Positions 18,564-27,959 of a stretch of 56,899 nt of DNA are shown one piece after another (position 1 is the first letter of the stretch; every line of letters starts with the position of its first letter). The translations under genes and the position numbers were made by a program. Location of the stretch: the NCBI GenBank assembly GCA_964540445.1, contig CAZIMF010000001.1:1-56899 (forward strand). The letters run 5' to 3'. The notes below the pieces were generated by a model, which was given only the letters and a program-made list of their open reading frames with translations, made no database searches and had not been told where the DNA came from. The DNA is from an uncultured Candidatus Saccharibacteria bacterium. Lineage in GTDB: Bacteria > Patescibacteriota > Saccharimonadia > Saccharimonadales > 2-12-FULL-41-12.

Positions 18564-19648
18564 GTTTCTTTGACAGTTCGATTAGCCCTGCTAGCAAAAT
18601 ACTCTTCAACTAAAATCTTGATACAACCGGCAGCCGGAATAGCCACAAAAGCTCCCAGTATACCACCAAAGCCAACGCCCAGTAAGGCGGCGATAAATAC
18701 AATGAGCGGGGTTAAGTTGTTACCGCGAGACTGGATATAGGGCTGAATTGTAACATTCTCAATTTGCTGATAGACGATAAAATAGATGGCTATCGCAAGG
18801 GCTAATGGCGCAGAGACCAACAGACAGGCCAGTACAACCAGTACGGCACCTATTGTTGTTCCTATGAGCGGCAACAGAGCAAACAGCGTAATAATGCCTC
18901 CAAGTGCGATAGCGTTGACTGACGCATCAAATACTTGACTGAGTATAAAGATCATAATAGTAGCAAATGCACCGCCTATAGCAGCAATCAGAACCTGGCC
19001 GTTGACATAATTGGTCACTACTTTATACATACGCGCCGCAATACGTTGTCGATGCGCCCGTTTAGAAGCAGCTTGAATTCCCCAAAATCGTTGAACCCAA
19101 ATCGGCCCTTCAACCAGCATCATAAATGTCAGAACCAGAACAATGATAGTGTTAGCAACCGCAGTACCAATAGCCCCTGCGGTTGAGAGGACTGGCTTAC
19201 CAACATCTTTAAATCGATGACCAAAGTCGTTTGTAAAGGCATTTACTTGATCTTGCAGATTATACCGTTCGATAAAATCATTAACCGGTGAATTATTGTT
19301 TTTATAGTCTTGAATCGTGCTCGGCACCTCTTTTACAAACTCAGCTGTTTGTTTTATGAGGGGAGGGAATACAAAAGAAATAAAAGCTACCAGAAAAATT
19401 AGAACAAGAATATATGCCATGCCAGTGGCGTGAGTTCGGCTTTTATTTGGCAACAAGCTGGCAATTTTTGCGACAGCTGGGTTAAGTGCCAAAGCAAGTA
19501 AAAATGACACAAAAACTAGCTTAAGAGGAGTAACGACTGTATGGATAAATCCGATGACGAGCAAAACAGCTAAGATTATACCGAGAATCCTGAGAACTGT
19601 TTTGGTCTCTATGTTAACAGTTAAACGCTTATTACCTAATATACTCAT
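18560..19648 (-). CDS. AI-2E family transporter (PerM/UPF0118) membrane protein
   Basis: Multi-pass topology with family-typical segments YVNGQVLIAAIGG and IENVTIQPYI. Confidence 0.8.
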   Translation of the reverse strand: MSILGNKRLTVNIETKTVLRILGIILAVLLVIGFIHTVVTPLKLVFVSFLLALALNPAVAKIASLLPNKSRTHATGMAYILVLIFLVAFISFVFPPLIKQTAEFVKEVPSTIQDYKNNNSPVNDFIERYNLQDQVNAFTNDFGHRFKDVGKPVLSTAGAIGTAVANTIIVLVLTFMMLVEGPIWVQRFWGIQAASKRAHRQRIAARMYKVVTNYVNGQVLIAAIGGAFATIMIFILSQVFDASVNAIALGGIITLFALLPLIGTTIGAVLVVLACLLVSAPLALAIAIYFIVYQQIENVTIQPYIQSRGNNLTPLIVFIAALLGVGFGGILGAFVAIPAAGCIKILVEEYFASRANRTVKET

Positions 19649-19660
19649 ACTTGCTGCTTA

Positions 19661-20794
19661 TTATCGACTGATTCGGCGTGTTTTGCAAGACTGGTATAAA
19701 TTTAGTAATGTATTGGCCACAACTGCTGTATCGAATTGCTTTACATGAGCCTGCTGCAATGTATGCAATTCATGTCTCTTTTTAGGTTGATTAATTAGAT
19801 TTAGTAGTTGTTCAGCAAAAATTTGCGGCTTGTGCGCATTGATAATGGTGTCAGGGACAGGCTGCAGTACGCTTCGATAACCCGGATTGTCGCCCCCTAG
19901 TACCACGCCACTGCCAGCCGCCATCGCCTCAATGAGCACAATCCCAAAACTTTCACCTGAAAGTGATGGGAATATAGCAATATCGGCCTCTTGCATGTAT
20001 TTAATTTTCTCTTCTTGGGTCACAAACCCTTTAAAAGTTACCATTTCAGACATTTTTTGCTGTACCACATATTTTTCAAGCGCTGGGCGGAGCGGGCCAT
20101 CTCCACAGATAATTAACCGTACTCCAGATGGTAAACTATTGTTTTGATTTAGAATGGCAAGTGCTTTAAGTAGCTGCTGGCAACCCTTCCTGTGGACTAA
20201 TCGTCCTAAAAATAACAAATCTAGTGTGTCATCAGAGCGCTTTATAGGTTCTGTCGGTTTAAATTGCTCAATTGGTACCGAATTTGGAACAATAGTACTA
20301 GAAATTTTGAATGTTTCTTTAGCAAAAACAGCAGCGGGCTCCGACACACTGACAAATGCATCAAAACGCTTTAATGAGCGACGAAGCCACACACCAAGTC
20401 CATGACTGCCAATCCGTGACCACATGTCATATGGCAATATGTGATACGTACCAACAACTGCTGTTTTTGAATCAGCTAAGTGCACAACTTTTGCACCAAA
20501 CAGCGGGCTATACGGCGTTTGCACATGCAGCACATCAAAATTTTCTGCAGTCAACATTTTTTTTATGGCACGAGATGATGCGGGCAACGGGATCGATAGC
20601 CGGTTGCCGTTAAAACGAACTTTCATGTTTCTGGCTAATGAATAAACTCCTGGAATGTCAGTGCGTTTGGTTTGGCCAACAAGATATCGTACCTCATGAC
20701 CGTGCTGTTGATACCATTCCCCAAGCGTCAATATATACTGCTGAACCCCGTCAGGCTTATCAAGACCATCATCAAGCACAAACCCTATTTTCAT
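19661..20794 (-). CDS. Glycosyltransferase family 4
   Basis: GGVQQYILTL N-domain, FPSLSGESFGIVLIEAMAAG C-domain motif. Confidence 0.88.
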   Translation of the reverse strand: MKIGFVLDDGLDKPDGVQQYILTLGEWYQQHGHEVRYLVGQTKRTDIPGVYSLARNMKVRFNGNRLSIPLPASSRAIKKMLTAENFDVLHVQTPYSPLFGAKVVHLADSKTAVVGTYHILPYDMWSRIGSHGLGVWLRRSLKRFDAFVSVSEPAAVFAKETFKISSTIVPNSVPIEQFKPTEPIKRSDDTLDLLFLGRLVHRKGCQQLLKALAILNQNNSLPSGVRLIICGDGPLRPALEKYVVQQKMSEMVTFKGFVTQEEKIKYMQEADIAIFPSLSGESFGIVLIEAMAAGSGVVLGGDNPGYRSVLQPVPDTIINAHKPQIFAEQLLNLINQPKKRHELHTLQQAHVKQFDTAVVANTLLNLYQSCKTRRISR

Positions 20795-21927
20795 AGTATG
20801 TGTCGATTATTCTTTTTTGCATAGGCAGCCTGATAAATCTTCATGTATTGATCAATTATATTGTTATAGTCATATTTCTGCACCTCTATTGCTGCCCATT
20901 CCCGCCAAGCGCTACGTAGCGTCTCATCAAATGTTAATAATGATAAGCGTCGGGCAAACTCTACAGTGTCTTTGGGATTAATAAGTGAAAGTTGGCCCCG
21001 AGCTTGTAAGACGCCTTCGTAACCTGTGTTGTTACCGGCAACAACTACGCAGCCGCTTGCCATTGCCTCTAGCAAAACAATGCCAAAACTTTCTCCGTAT
21101 AGAGCGGGAGAACAAAATATATCTGCTTCATGCAACATACGTAGCTTGGTTGATTCATCAATATACCCTAAGAAGGTAACGTGCTTAATTTTATTTTCTT
21201 TAACATAATCTTCAAGCCGCTTACGTTCTGGCCCGTCGCCGCCAATAATTAAACGAAACTCGGGATGAACTTTTTGTAACAATCCAAAAGCTTGCAGAAG
21301 ATAGTGTAATCCTTTTCTTTTTTCGAGACGGCCGACGTAAAATATTGTCTTTTGCGTATGCTTAACAACAGGCTTGTTCGGAAGCGTATATTTGCTCAAG
21401 TCAATTCCATTACCAATGATGTTGAGCTTACGGTGGGTTAATGTCCTGACGTAATTAGTTGCCGTATTTGATACCGCTGTCATCACATCAACATATTTAA
21501 TAATAGATTTTGTATAAGGTGTAATTACTTTTTCAACTGTTCGGGAGGTACGCCGTTCGCCCATAGCTGCATGAAAAGTCGCAATATGAATTGCGTTAGA
21601 ACGCATCATAATCTGCAAAGACAACATTGGATTCCATGGTTCATGAAAGTGCAGGATATCGAACTGTTCACGCTCGAGTAATGCATCAAGTGCCGACAAG
21701 TCCCGGCTGGCTGAAATATCACCTTGGGTGCGTGCGGCACGAAAGGGCATGGAGCCGCCTACAAATAAGACATTCTTCGGTGGTTTTGCTGGTGAGTTAC
21801 GGGGCTGAGGAGTGATAATATATGCTTCGTGACCACGTGCCTCAATACCGTCGCGCAGCGCCAAAACAACTTCTTGAACACCACCTCCCCGAAACATGTG
21901 GTAGGGACAAACTAAGCCAATTTTCAT
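20791..21927 (-). CDS. Glycosyltransferase family 4 (paralogue of the adjacent gene)
   Basis: RGGGVQEVVLAL, CSPALYGESFGIVLLEAMASG; 4-nt overlap with the downstream GT4. Confidence 0.88.
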   Translation of the reverse strand: MKIGLVCPYHMFRGGGVQEVVLALRDGIEARGHEAYIITPQPRNSPAKPPKNVLFVGGSMPFRAARTQGDISASRDLSALDALLEREQFDILHFHEPWNPMLSLQIMMRSNAIHIATFHAAMGERRTSRTVEKVITPYTKSIIKYVDVMTAVSNTATNYVRTLTHRKLNIIGNGIDLSKYTLPNKPVVKHTQKTIFYVGRLEKRKGLHYLLQAFGLLQKVHPEFRLIIGGDGPERKRLEDYVKENKIKHVTFLGYIDESTKLRMLHEADIFCSPALYGESFGIVLLEAMASGCVVVAGNNTGYEGVLQARGQLSLINPKDTVEFARRLSLLTFDETLRSAWREWAAIEVQKYDYNNIIDQYMKIYQAAYAKKNNRHIL

Positions 21928-21990
21928 AACTAAAATTAATAATACTTTCGTTAATTACTGTTAATTATAGCAACTTATAGTGTATTTACG

Positions 21991-22908
21991 TTAACCGAGT
22001 ATCTTACGTAGCCGTTTTGGAATATAAGGGAGCGCTTCTTTGGCAGTAGCAATAATAGTTGGAGCATGGTTAGACATGTCACTGGAGATTAATTCAAGTG
22101 ACTCAAAAACAATATGCATATGCTGTTCAACGATTTTATGATCAAAGTACCGATCTTCGGTTGCTGTAACATGATAGCCCTGCGTTTTAACTTTTTGATC
22201 ACAAACGTCAAGGGTTAACATCAGGGTGATGGTGCTGGCCCTGGTACGCAGATCATTAATCTTCCATAAGTTTATTTCGAAATCGATCCTGCGCTGCAGC
22301 TCTAGCTCTGTCTTGGCGTCCTTCATTTTTTTATGGCTACCGCTCACAGAGTTATAAACAAGCTTAATGACGGGTTTATTGAGCAGCAGTGTGGTGAAAA
22401 TAGCAGCCGGTATTTGGCGTGAAAGAATTGCGGTAAGTGTACGTAAACCCCAATACTCCCACTTATTAAAAATAAAGTCATCTCTATGAGCAAAACCTGA
22501 AATGCTTACAACAGAATCAACCCGCCGGGCTAACTCAGGATACTTCTGTAGGGTTCGGATAATAAGCGGTACTGAAAAGGACATGGCAACAATAGTAAAG
22601 CGTCGGCGTTTATATCGAAGCTTCATAAGTGATGCAAGATAATCTGCATAGTTATCTAGCGTCGGTTTTTCTTTTATTTTATAAAAGCTGTCCATGCCGC
22701 CGAATCCTGGCAAATCCGGCATAGTGACTGCACCGTGCTTATTTAAAACTTCGGCGATGCCAAACATCCGTTCAAGGCTTGAGTGATGACCATATACAAG
22801 GAGTATTTCGCGTTTCTTACCCTTAACTGCGGGCATTCTCAATAAGCGGCCATTCATGCCATTTACATAAAGTGCATTGATATATTTTTCTGCCTGAGTG
22901 TGCACCAT
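21991..22908 (-). CDS. Alpha/beta-hydrolase-fold protein
   Basis: LLVYGHHSSLERM, nucleophile-elbow-like VAMSFSV; weak. Confidence 0.55.
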   Translation of the reverse strand: MVHTQAEKYINALYVNGMNGRLLRMPAVKGKKREILLVYGHHSSLERMFGIAEVLNKHGAVTMPDLPGFGGMDSFYKIKEKPTLDNYADYLASLMKLRYKRRRFTIVAMSFSVPLIIRTLQKYPELARRVDSVVSISGFAHRDDFIFNKWEYWGLRTLTAILSRQIPAAIFTTLLLNKPVIKLVYNSVSGSHKKMKDAKTELELQRRIDFEINLWKINDLRTRASTITLMLTLDVCDQKVKTQGYHVTATEDRYFDHKIVEQHMHIVFESLELISSDMSNHAPTIIATAKEALPYIPKRLRKILG

Positions 22909-22920
22909 ATTCTACCTAGA

Positions 22921-23820
22921 CTATTCTGTAACTGCGTCTTTGCCAACCCATACATATTCCCATGACTCAGGATCCGGGCCTTGGTTGCCGGTACCTTCAG
23001 GGTAACTTGGTATCCAGCCATACATTTTAGCATGCTCATAATTGTTAACGCTCAACCACTTAAAACAGGTCGTATTTAGAAACGAGGTGGTCGGCATACT
23101 TAAGCAAGCAATGTCAATTGTGTAGCCGGTGTGGTGACGAGAATAGCCAGGGATTGCCGTGGTACGTAATACCTGCGAAATTTCGGCATCACGTCGTCCA
23201 GCCGCTATCTCTTCGATTGGGATGCCTAGTTGGGACAAGCGCCCAACAAAAATTACTTTCTGATCTTCAGCAGAGCGATAGGCGGCTGTTAAGCCAATTT
23301 CAATATTATCTTTTTTGGCAGCAGCAACCATATCAAGCCAAGGTTGAGCAGCTCGTTGCTGTAGCTGGTAGTCACCACCAACATTCTGGAAGGCATTAGT
23401 GACTGGTGCGCTCCTACTTTGATAACCTCTGGCAATTGCCACCTTACGAATTTGAGCATCAGCTTGTTCGTTTCCGGTAATAGGCGTGTTCTCATTAATT
23501 GGCGCCGTATTGGGGTAGGCAAATGTATTGTATAAATCTTTAAACTGTTGACCAGTAAATATTTTAAGTGTGCCTTTTTTAGATGTGTCTGTAATATTTT
23601 GATTAACGGTGGTGCTTGAGATTTTAGTTTGGCTTGGTGCCCCGGTATGATCTGCCTTAAGTAATATATACAAACCACTGCAAATTACAGCAATTACCAT
23701 TACTACGATTAGTGGTTTATGGGAACGCTTTTTCTGCTCCGGCAGGGGCTTTCGCCTGTGATCTATAACATGCATAATAGCTATGCTTAAAGTATAGCTA
23801 ACTACTGGCTTTTGCGCCAA
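22921..23820 (-). CDS. Membrane-anchored D-alanyl-D-alanine carboxypeptidase (peptidase M15B/VanY-like)
   Basis: N-terminal TM helix, AYRSAEDQ, GYSRHHTGYTIDI, ESWEYVWVG zinc-site motifs. Confidence 0.85.
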   Translation of the reverse strand: MAQKPVVSYTLSIAIMHVIDHRRKPLPEQKKRSHKPLIVVMVIAVICSGLYILLKADHTGAPSQTKISSTTVNQNITDTSKKGTLKIFTGQQFKDLYNTFAYPNTAPINENTPITGNEQADAQIRKVAIARGYQSRSAPVTNAFQNVGGDYQLQQRAAQPWLDMVAAAKKDNIEIGLTAAYRSAEDQKVIFVGRLSQLGIPIEEIAAGRRDAEISQVLRTTAIPGYSRHHTGYTIDIACLSMPTTSFLNTTCFKWLSVNNYEHAKMYGWIPSYPEGTGNQGPDPESWEYVWVGKDAVTE

Positions 23821-23876
23821 AGTTTCAAAATTGCTACAATACAGCTCTGTCGTAAACAGATACTACAACAGTACAA

Positions 23877-23951
23877 TGGGGCGTCGCCAAGTGGTAAGGC
23901 ACCAGTTTTTGGTACTGGCATTCGGGGGTTCGAATCCCTCCGCCCCAGCCA
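23877..23951 (+). tRNA. tRNA-Gln (anticodon UUG), CCA encoded
   Basis: TGGGGCGTCGCCAAGTGGTAAGGCACCAGTTTTTGGTACTGGCATTCGGGGGTTCGAATCCCTCCGCCCCAGCCA; cloverleaf folds, close to E. coli tRNA-Gln. Confidence 0.95.
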
Positions 23952-23989
23952 ATTAAAATGACATCAGCGCAAGTTGATGTCATTTTAAT
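23952..23989 (+). terminator. Perfect 15-bp hairpin directly after tRNA-Gln (likely terminator or processing signal)
   Basis: attaaaatgacatca-gcgcaagt-tgatgtcattttaat. Confidence 0.55.
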
Positions 23990-24108
23990 TACTGAGGAGG
24001 GTTCCGAAACCTATAGAATGAGCGAAGCGAATGATGGGTTAGGTGGAGCGAGGACGCGCGCAAAAGTTTACTTTGAGCACGTCTGAGCGGAAAAGCACGA
24101 AGTGCGCT

Positions 24109-24125
24109 ATCCCTCCCCCCAGCCA
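24109..24125 (+). repeat. Direct repeat of the tRNA-Gln 3' end (att-like scar)
   Basis: atccctcc-ccccagcca versus atccctccgccccagcca at 23934-23951 (17/18). Confidence 0.7.
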
Positions 24126-24261
24126 AACAAAATTCGAACTAACAGGTTCAAACGAGGGGCTTCTGTGGAGGTCTTTTTGTTTGGGTTTAAAGGTTTGGTT
24201 TAAATTGGACAATCCAAAATACGCGCCTATACTTGAAGATAGTTTAACTAGAGGGGCAACT

Positions 24262-24522
24262 ATGAAAGAAGTTGATAAATTTAATCAATCTAGGTTCTCG
24301 CATTGGATTAACAGCACTTCTGGACGTATTTTTCGAATCGGTGCCGGTATATTTTTCTTAGTCATTGGGATTATTTTCCGCCACGATGCTCTTGGCTTAG
24401 CCTCTATTATTTGGAGTTTTTTCCCGCTTAGTGCCGGGTTATTTGATTGGTGTTATATAAGCGCTGTATTGGGTGGCCCATTGCTTGGCTCAAAAATCCG
24501 TAAACAACAGTCAGAGCTTTAG
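24262..24522 (+). CDS. Small membrane protein, DUF2892 (YgaP-like) family
   Basis: GRIFRIGAGIFFLVIG...LSAGLFDWCYISAVLGGPL; ATG at 24262 preceded by GAGGGG. The upstream part of the listed ORF (from 24043) is non-coding-like. Confidence 0.65.
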   Translation: MKEVDKFNQSRFSHWINSTSGRIFRIGAGIFFLVIGIIFRHDALGLASIIWSFFPLSAGLFDWCYISAVLGGPLLGSKIRKQQSEL

Positions 24523-24636
24523 AATTTTAATGAATTAACTGATGGCATACTAGAGCAATGGGTCATAGTTCTAGACCTATTTGTTCAGCCAATGCTTCCC
24601 AAAATATCTGTCTTGTTAAGAATAGACTGGGCTGGG

Positions 24637-24864
24637 CTAGTCTTTTTTTACAAGGCGGTTTGTCAGCTTAGCAGCCAACGGTGCGATAACGAGTACGCAG
24701 GGAAAAGCAATTAATAAGCTAATGCCCCACCTCTCTAGCGTCGTCAAAGTAAAAATTGCTGTAGTGCCCCTGGCAACAAGTGTATTTATAGCCGTAACAA
24801 GTCCTGTCATTGGCAGCACAAGCAAAAAACTTTGTACATACCGGCTATATCGCTTATCTAGCAT
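24637..24864 (-). CDS. Small membrane protein, DUF2798-like
   Basis: 75 aa with two hydrophobic helices and an SFLLVLPMTGLVTAINTLV...WGISLLIAFP pattern. Confidence 0.55.
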   Translation of the reverse strand: MLDKRYSRYVQSFLLVLPMTGLVTAINTLVARGTTAIFTLTTLERWGISLLIAFPCVLVIAPLAAKLTNRLVKKD

Positions 24865-24933
24865 TGCTACAATATAACAGCAGAATCGGTAAAAGAGTAT
24901 ACTTTTACTATTACCTAATTAGGAGTATTAGCT

Positions 24934-25317
24934 ATGGCACAGAACAAATCAAATGAGGCAGTAATAGAACGACTTATTGCATGTATTAATGAGCGCAAAA
25001 TAGAGGTAATGGACGAGTTGTTCCTTGATGACGCCGTCATGGACTGGCCCCAATCTGGCGAAAAAGTTGTCGGAGCTGAAAATCGGAGGGGGATATACCA
25101 GTCGTTTCCACAGCTTCCGACGATCACGCCTCGGCGCATGATAAGCGATGGCGACTTAGTAATAGCAGAAGCCGCACTTGATTACGGTGGCCCGGTAGCG
25201 TCTAAAACAGTATTCATTTTTGAATTCAAAGACGGAAAAATTGCTAGAGAAACTGCGTATTGGAGCGAGCCTTTCGAAGCACCCGCCTGGCGAGCTAAAT
25301 GGGTAGAAGTGAGTTAG
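24934..25317 (+). CDS. NTF2-fold SnoaL/ketosteroid-isomerase-like protein
   Basis: Length and pattern (VIERLIACINERKIEVMDELFLDDAVMDWP...FEFKDGKIARETAYW); AGGAG RBS. Confidence 0.65.
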   Translation: MAQNKSNEAVIERLIACINERKIEVMDELFLDDAVMDWPQSGEKVVGAENRRGIYQSFPQLPTITPRRMISDGDLVIAEAALDYGGPVASKTVFIFEFKDGKIARETAYWSEPFEAPAWRAKWVEVS

Positions 25318-25378
25318 TTAACGCTCCAAAAATGGGCGCACACCTGCAACCTCAGGCAATTGCACTAACGTTGCCAAT

Positions 25379-27226
25379 ATGCCTATTTTATGGTATGTTA
25401 TTAGTATGTCTGTTCCTTCGGTAAGAGGATTAAAAGAAACAGCTCCAGAAGCTGCCGTACATGCCATAAATCCTCAGCAAGCCGTACTACTTCAAGACGT
25501 TCTGGCGTCTAAAGGTGTAGAGCCGCATGCTATTTCGGCTCTTACTTCACATGCCGTGATGGGAACACTTTTGGATGCATATTTTTTAGGAAATTATGGT
25601 GCGCATGCATATCCTGAGCGTAAAGCTATGAAACAAGCCCGAGTCCATTTAAATAGAATGGCTATAATTGCTGCCGAAGCAGTTGAAAATGGTGCAGTTG
25701 GTACATATACAGGCAGCCCGGTTGAAAATGAGGCAATTATTCACGGTGACTACGGTACTATCGATGATTATGATCGCCCAGGCCAAGGGTTGCGGCAATT
25801 TCGGCGTAACGGTGCAAGCCGGCTCTTCAGAAGCGGGCTAGTTACTGTTAGTAGAGCAGATGAGGCATTCGGCACTACCTTTGCACCGATAGCTATTATT
25901 GGCGCTGGTCCGGCCGGAATATTAACAGGCAGAACATTACGTGCGGCGGGTTTCCGCAATGTCACTATATTTGATCGCAGCGGTCAGGTTGGAGGAATTT
26001 GGCGACGCAATGATGTTGCTGGCGGAACTAAAAATAACCCATTTACTATTAGGTATGACAGTACTGTTATGCGCCCGCCCGGTAAAGGTGACAGTAATGG
26101 GATGCGACGGCCCGAATGGGATGGAGTTGAGGGCACAGGCCAAGATGTATTTAGGTTTGTTAACACTCTTCGCGGGTATGGCGACAACAGACACGATGCA
26201 CGTCTACGTGTAGCAAAGGCCTCGATTGAAAATTTAGAACCAGGTGATCTTAACCATCGTCTTACAATTACTTCTAATGGTACGACTGAGCTAAAAGAAT
26301 ATCCTATTGTTATCTATGCTTCAGGCGTGGGTAAACCTGTGCCGCTTTCTGATCCGGCTCGCATGACTACACCAAACACCCCTAAAGAAGCTGGTCGGCG
26401 CTGGCAACAACAATTAAGTGACGAGGAGCTACGACAGTTAGTAGGTAAGAAGATAATACTGAGAGGCCTGGGTAATAGTACGGCTGAAATGCTTTATCAG
26501 TTTCAGAAATTTGAAGACAAAGAGGGCGTATCCATTGATTATACTGTTCTCACGCATTATCCTCACGCTGCACTACAAACGCCTCGTCAAAGCATAAATG
26601 GGTTTGAACAACTATTCCGTGATACCTCGAAGCCAAATTTAGTAACATTAGCGGGTGACCTTAAACATATTGAGGCGCTCTATTGGCGGGCCATGCACCA
26701 AGGTAAAATTGTTGGTGACGTTACACATTGGGTACAAGACGAAGGTGAATGTCGCGTAACGTTCCGCAATGGCGAAACGGCTTCATTCCCAGTAGATAAA
26801 TCATACACGCTAATCGGTTACCGCCAACGACCCGAGGGTCTAGCAAAAATGGGAATTCAGGTCATTGATGAGCGGCTTGGCATTGGCGCCTACGATTTTG
26901 ATGGCGAGGTGCAGCAAGCTCCCGGCGAAGAAGGTCGTAATCGCCTGTACCCCGGTTATTTCGCAATTGGCCCCATCGTAAAAACACCCTATAATCCAAA
27001 TGCAATGGTAATACCAGGCATACAGTACCAACTTAATGACTTACTAACCACAGTCACTATGCGGGCAGCCGAATATGCCTTACGAGATGAAAGTCGAGCA
27101 CCGATTAGGGCTGCCAAGCGTGCATACTATGCACATGTTATTAAGCGTCAGGCGTTTATTGGTTACGAGTCCTTTGCTGCTCCGGCCAATGGGCGCAGCC
27201 CGCGTAGCGTTCCAAGTCGATATTAA
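25379..27226 (+). CDS. FAD/NAD(P)-dependent class-B flavin monooxygenase-like protein with an N-terminal extension of about 170 aa
   Basis: IAIIGAGPAGILTGRTL...FDRSGQVGGIW (FAD site), ILRGLGNSTAEM (second dinucleotide site); start codon uncertain. Confidence 0.7.
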   Translation: MPILWYVISMSVPSVRGLKETAPEAAVHAINPQQAVLLQDVLASKGVEPHAISALTSHAVMGTLLDAYFLGNYGAHAYPERKAMKQARVHLNRMAIIAAEAVENGAVGTYTGSPVENEAIIHGDYGTIDDYDRPGQGLRQFRRNGASRLFRSGLVTVSRADEAFGTTFAPIAIIGAGPAGILTGRTLRAAGFRNVTIFDRSGQVGGIWRRNDVAGGTKNNPFTIRYDSTVMRPPGKGDSNGMRRPEWDGVEGTGQDVFRFVNTLRGYGDNRHDARLRVAKASIENLEPGDLNHRLTITSNGTTELKEYPIVIYASGVGKPVPLSDPARMTTPNTPKEAGRRWQQQLSDEELRQLVGKKIILRGLGNSTAEMLYQFQKFEDKEGVSIDYTVLTHYPHAALQTPRQSINGFEQLFRDTSKPNLVTLAGDLKHIEALYWRAMHQGKIVGDVTHWVQDEGECRVTFRNGETASFPVDKSYTLIGYRQRPEGLAKMGIQVIDERLGIGAYDFDGEVQQAPGEEGRNRLYPGYFAIGPIVKTPYNPNAMVIPGIQYQLNDLLTTVTMRAAEYALRDESRAPIRAAKRAYYAHVIKRQAFIGYESFAAPANGRSPRSVPSRY

Positions 27227-27236
27227 GGATAAATGT

Positions 27237-27863
27237 ATGATTACGCGAGAACTATTACACCCAAAAGAATTAAACCGCGATGAGTGGCGACAACTGCAGG
27301 CTATATCAAGAGAGGCTTTTGGTGGCCAACTTGACCGCTCACAAGCAGAAATCGATCATTTTGTTGCATGGCACGATCCGGAAAGTTTTTATAACTCTCA
27401 TGTTGATCCTAACGCTAACGTTGGCACACGCCTTAATCCTAATCAAAGTTTTTCAAGCCCCAAAGTTGCGGTAGCCACCCATGGCGATGAATTGATTGGC
27501 TTTGGCTATGCGGCCAATAATGTATCAGGCAGTACTCGAGCGCAACGGTTAGTAAAGATGATGGGCACCCAAAAAAAGTATCTTTGGCTGAGCACCGTTG
27601 CAGTACATCCTGAATACCAAAGGTATGCTATCGCAACGAACCTAAGCAGAATGCTACTTATGAGTGGCTCACCATTCCAGCCTGTTTCTGCCTATATCTG
27701 GCCAGATGAAATACGTTTTATGCCTGACTTGCTTCGTAGGCTAGCGTTTGTGCCCACCGGAGAACAGTCAGTTGCGGTTTTTGGTGATGAGGCTGAACGG
27801 GTTCGTCAAGTACGTATGCAGGCCCCATCAACATATGCAGTGCTGAAGCAACTCAATCAGTGA
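27237..27863 (+). CDS. GNAT-family N-acetyltransferase-like protein
   Basis: LWLSTVAVHPEYQRYAIATNLSRMLL resembles GNAT motif A. The Met at 27237 avoids the 150-nt overlap implied by the listed ORF start. Confidence 0.55.
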   Translation: MITRELLHPKELNRDEWRQLQAISREAFGGQLDRSQAEIDHFVAWHDPESFYNSHVDPNANVGTRLNPNQSFSSPKVAVATHGDELIGFGYAANNVSGSTRAQRLVKMMGTQKKYLWLSTVAVHPEYQRYAIATNLSRMLLMSGSPFQPVSAYIWPDEIRFMPDLLRRLAFVPTGEQSVAVFGDEAERVRQVRMQAPSTYAVLKQLNQ

Positions 27864-27898
27864 TCTAACTATGTAACTAACACCGGTCTGTGGATGTA

Positions 27899-27927
27899 TT
27901 GACCAAAGATTGTTTTTACCGTATAAT
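27899..27927 (+). promoter_or_regulatory. Sigma70-type promoter (TTGACC-17 nt-TATAAT) overlapped by a 13-bp inverted repeat
   Basis: ttgaccaaagattgtttttaccgtataat; inverted repeat taccgtataataa-6 nt-ttattacacggta spans 27917-27948. Confidence 0.6.
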
Positions 27928-27959
27928 AAGTTAAATTATTACACGGTATCCAAAAAATT

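Noticed and set aside
23990-24108. RNase P RNA or another known ncRNA (gaggagggttcc resembles GAGGAAAGUCC)
   Set aside because: The region is far too short. It lacks the other universally conserved RNase P segments (for example ACAGAA..CGGCUUA), and no SRP or tmRNA signatures are present.
24043-24261. N-terminal 73 codons of the listed 159-aa ORF
   Set aside because: This part runs through the tRNA-3'-end repeat and has a non-protein-like composition. The DUF2892-like domain begins at the Met at 24262, which has a GAGGGG RBS.
27075-27236. Upstream extension of the GNAT ORF overlapping the monooxygenase by about 150 nt
   Set aside because: The overlap is out of frame with a strongly supported gene. 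The internal Met at 27237, just after the upstream stop, gives a normal-sized GNAT.
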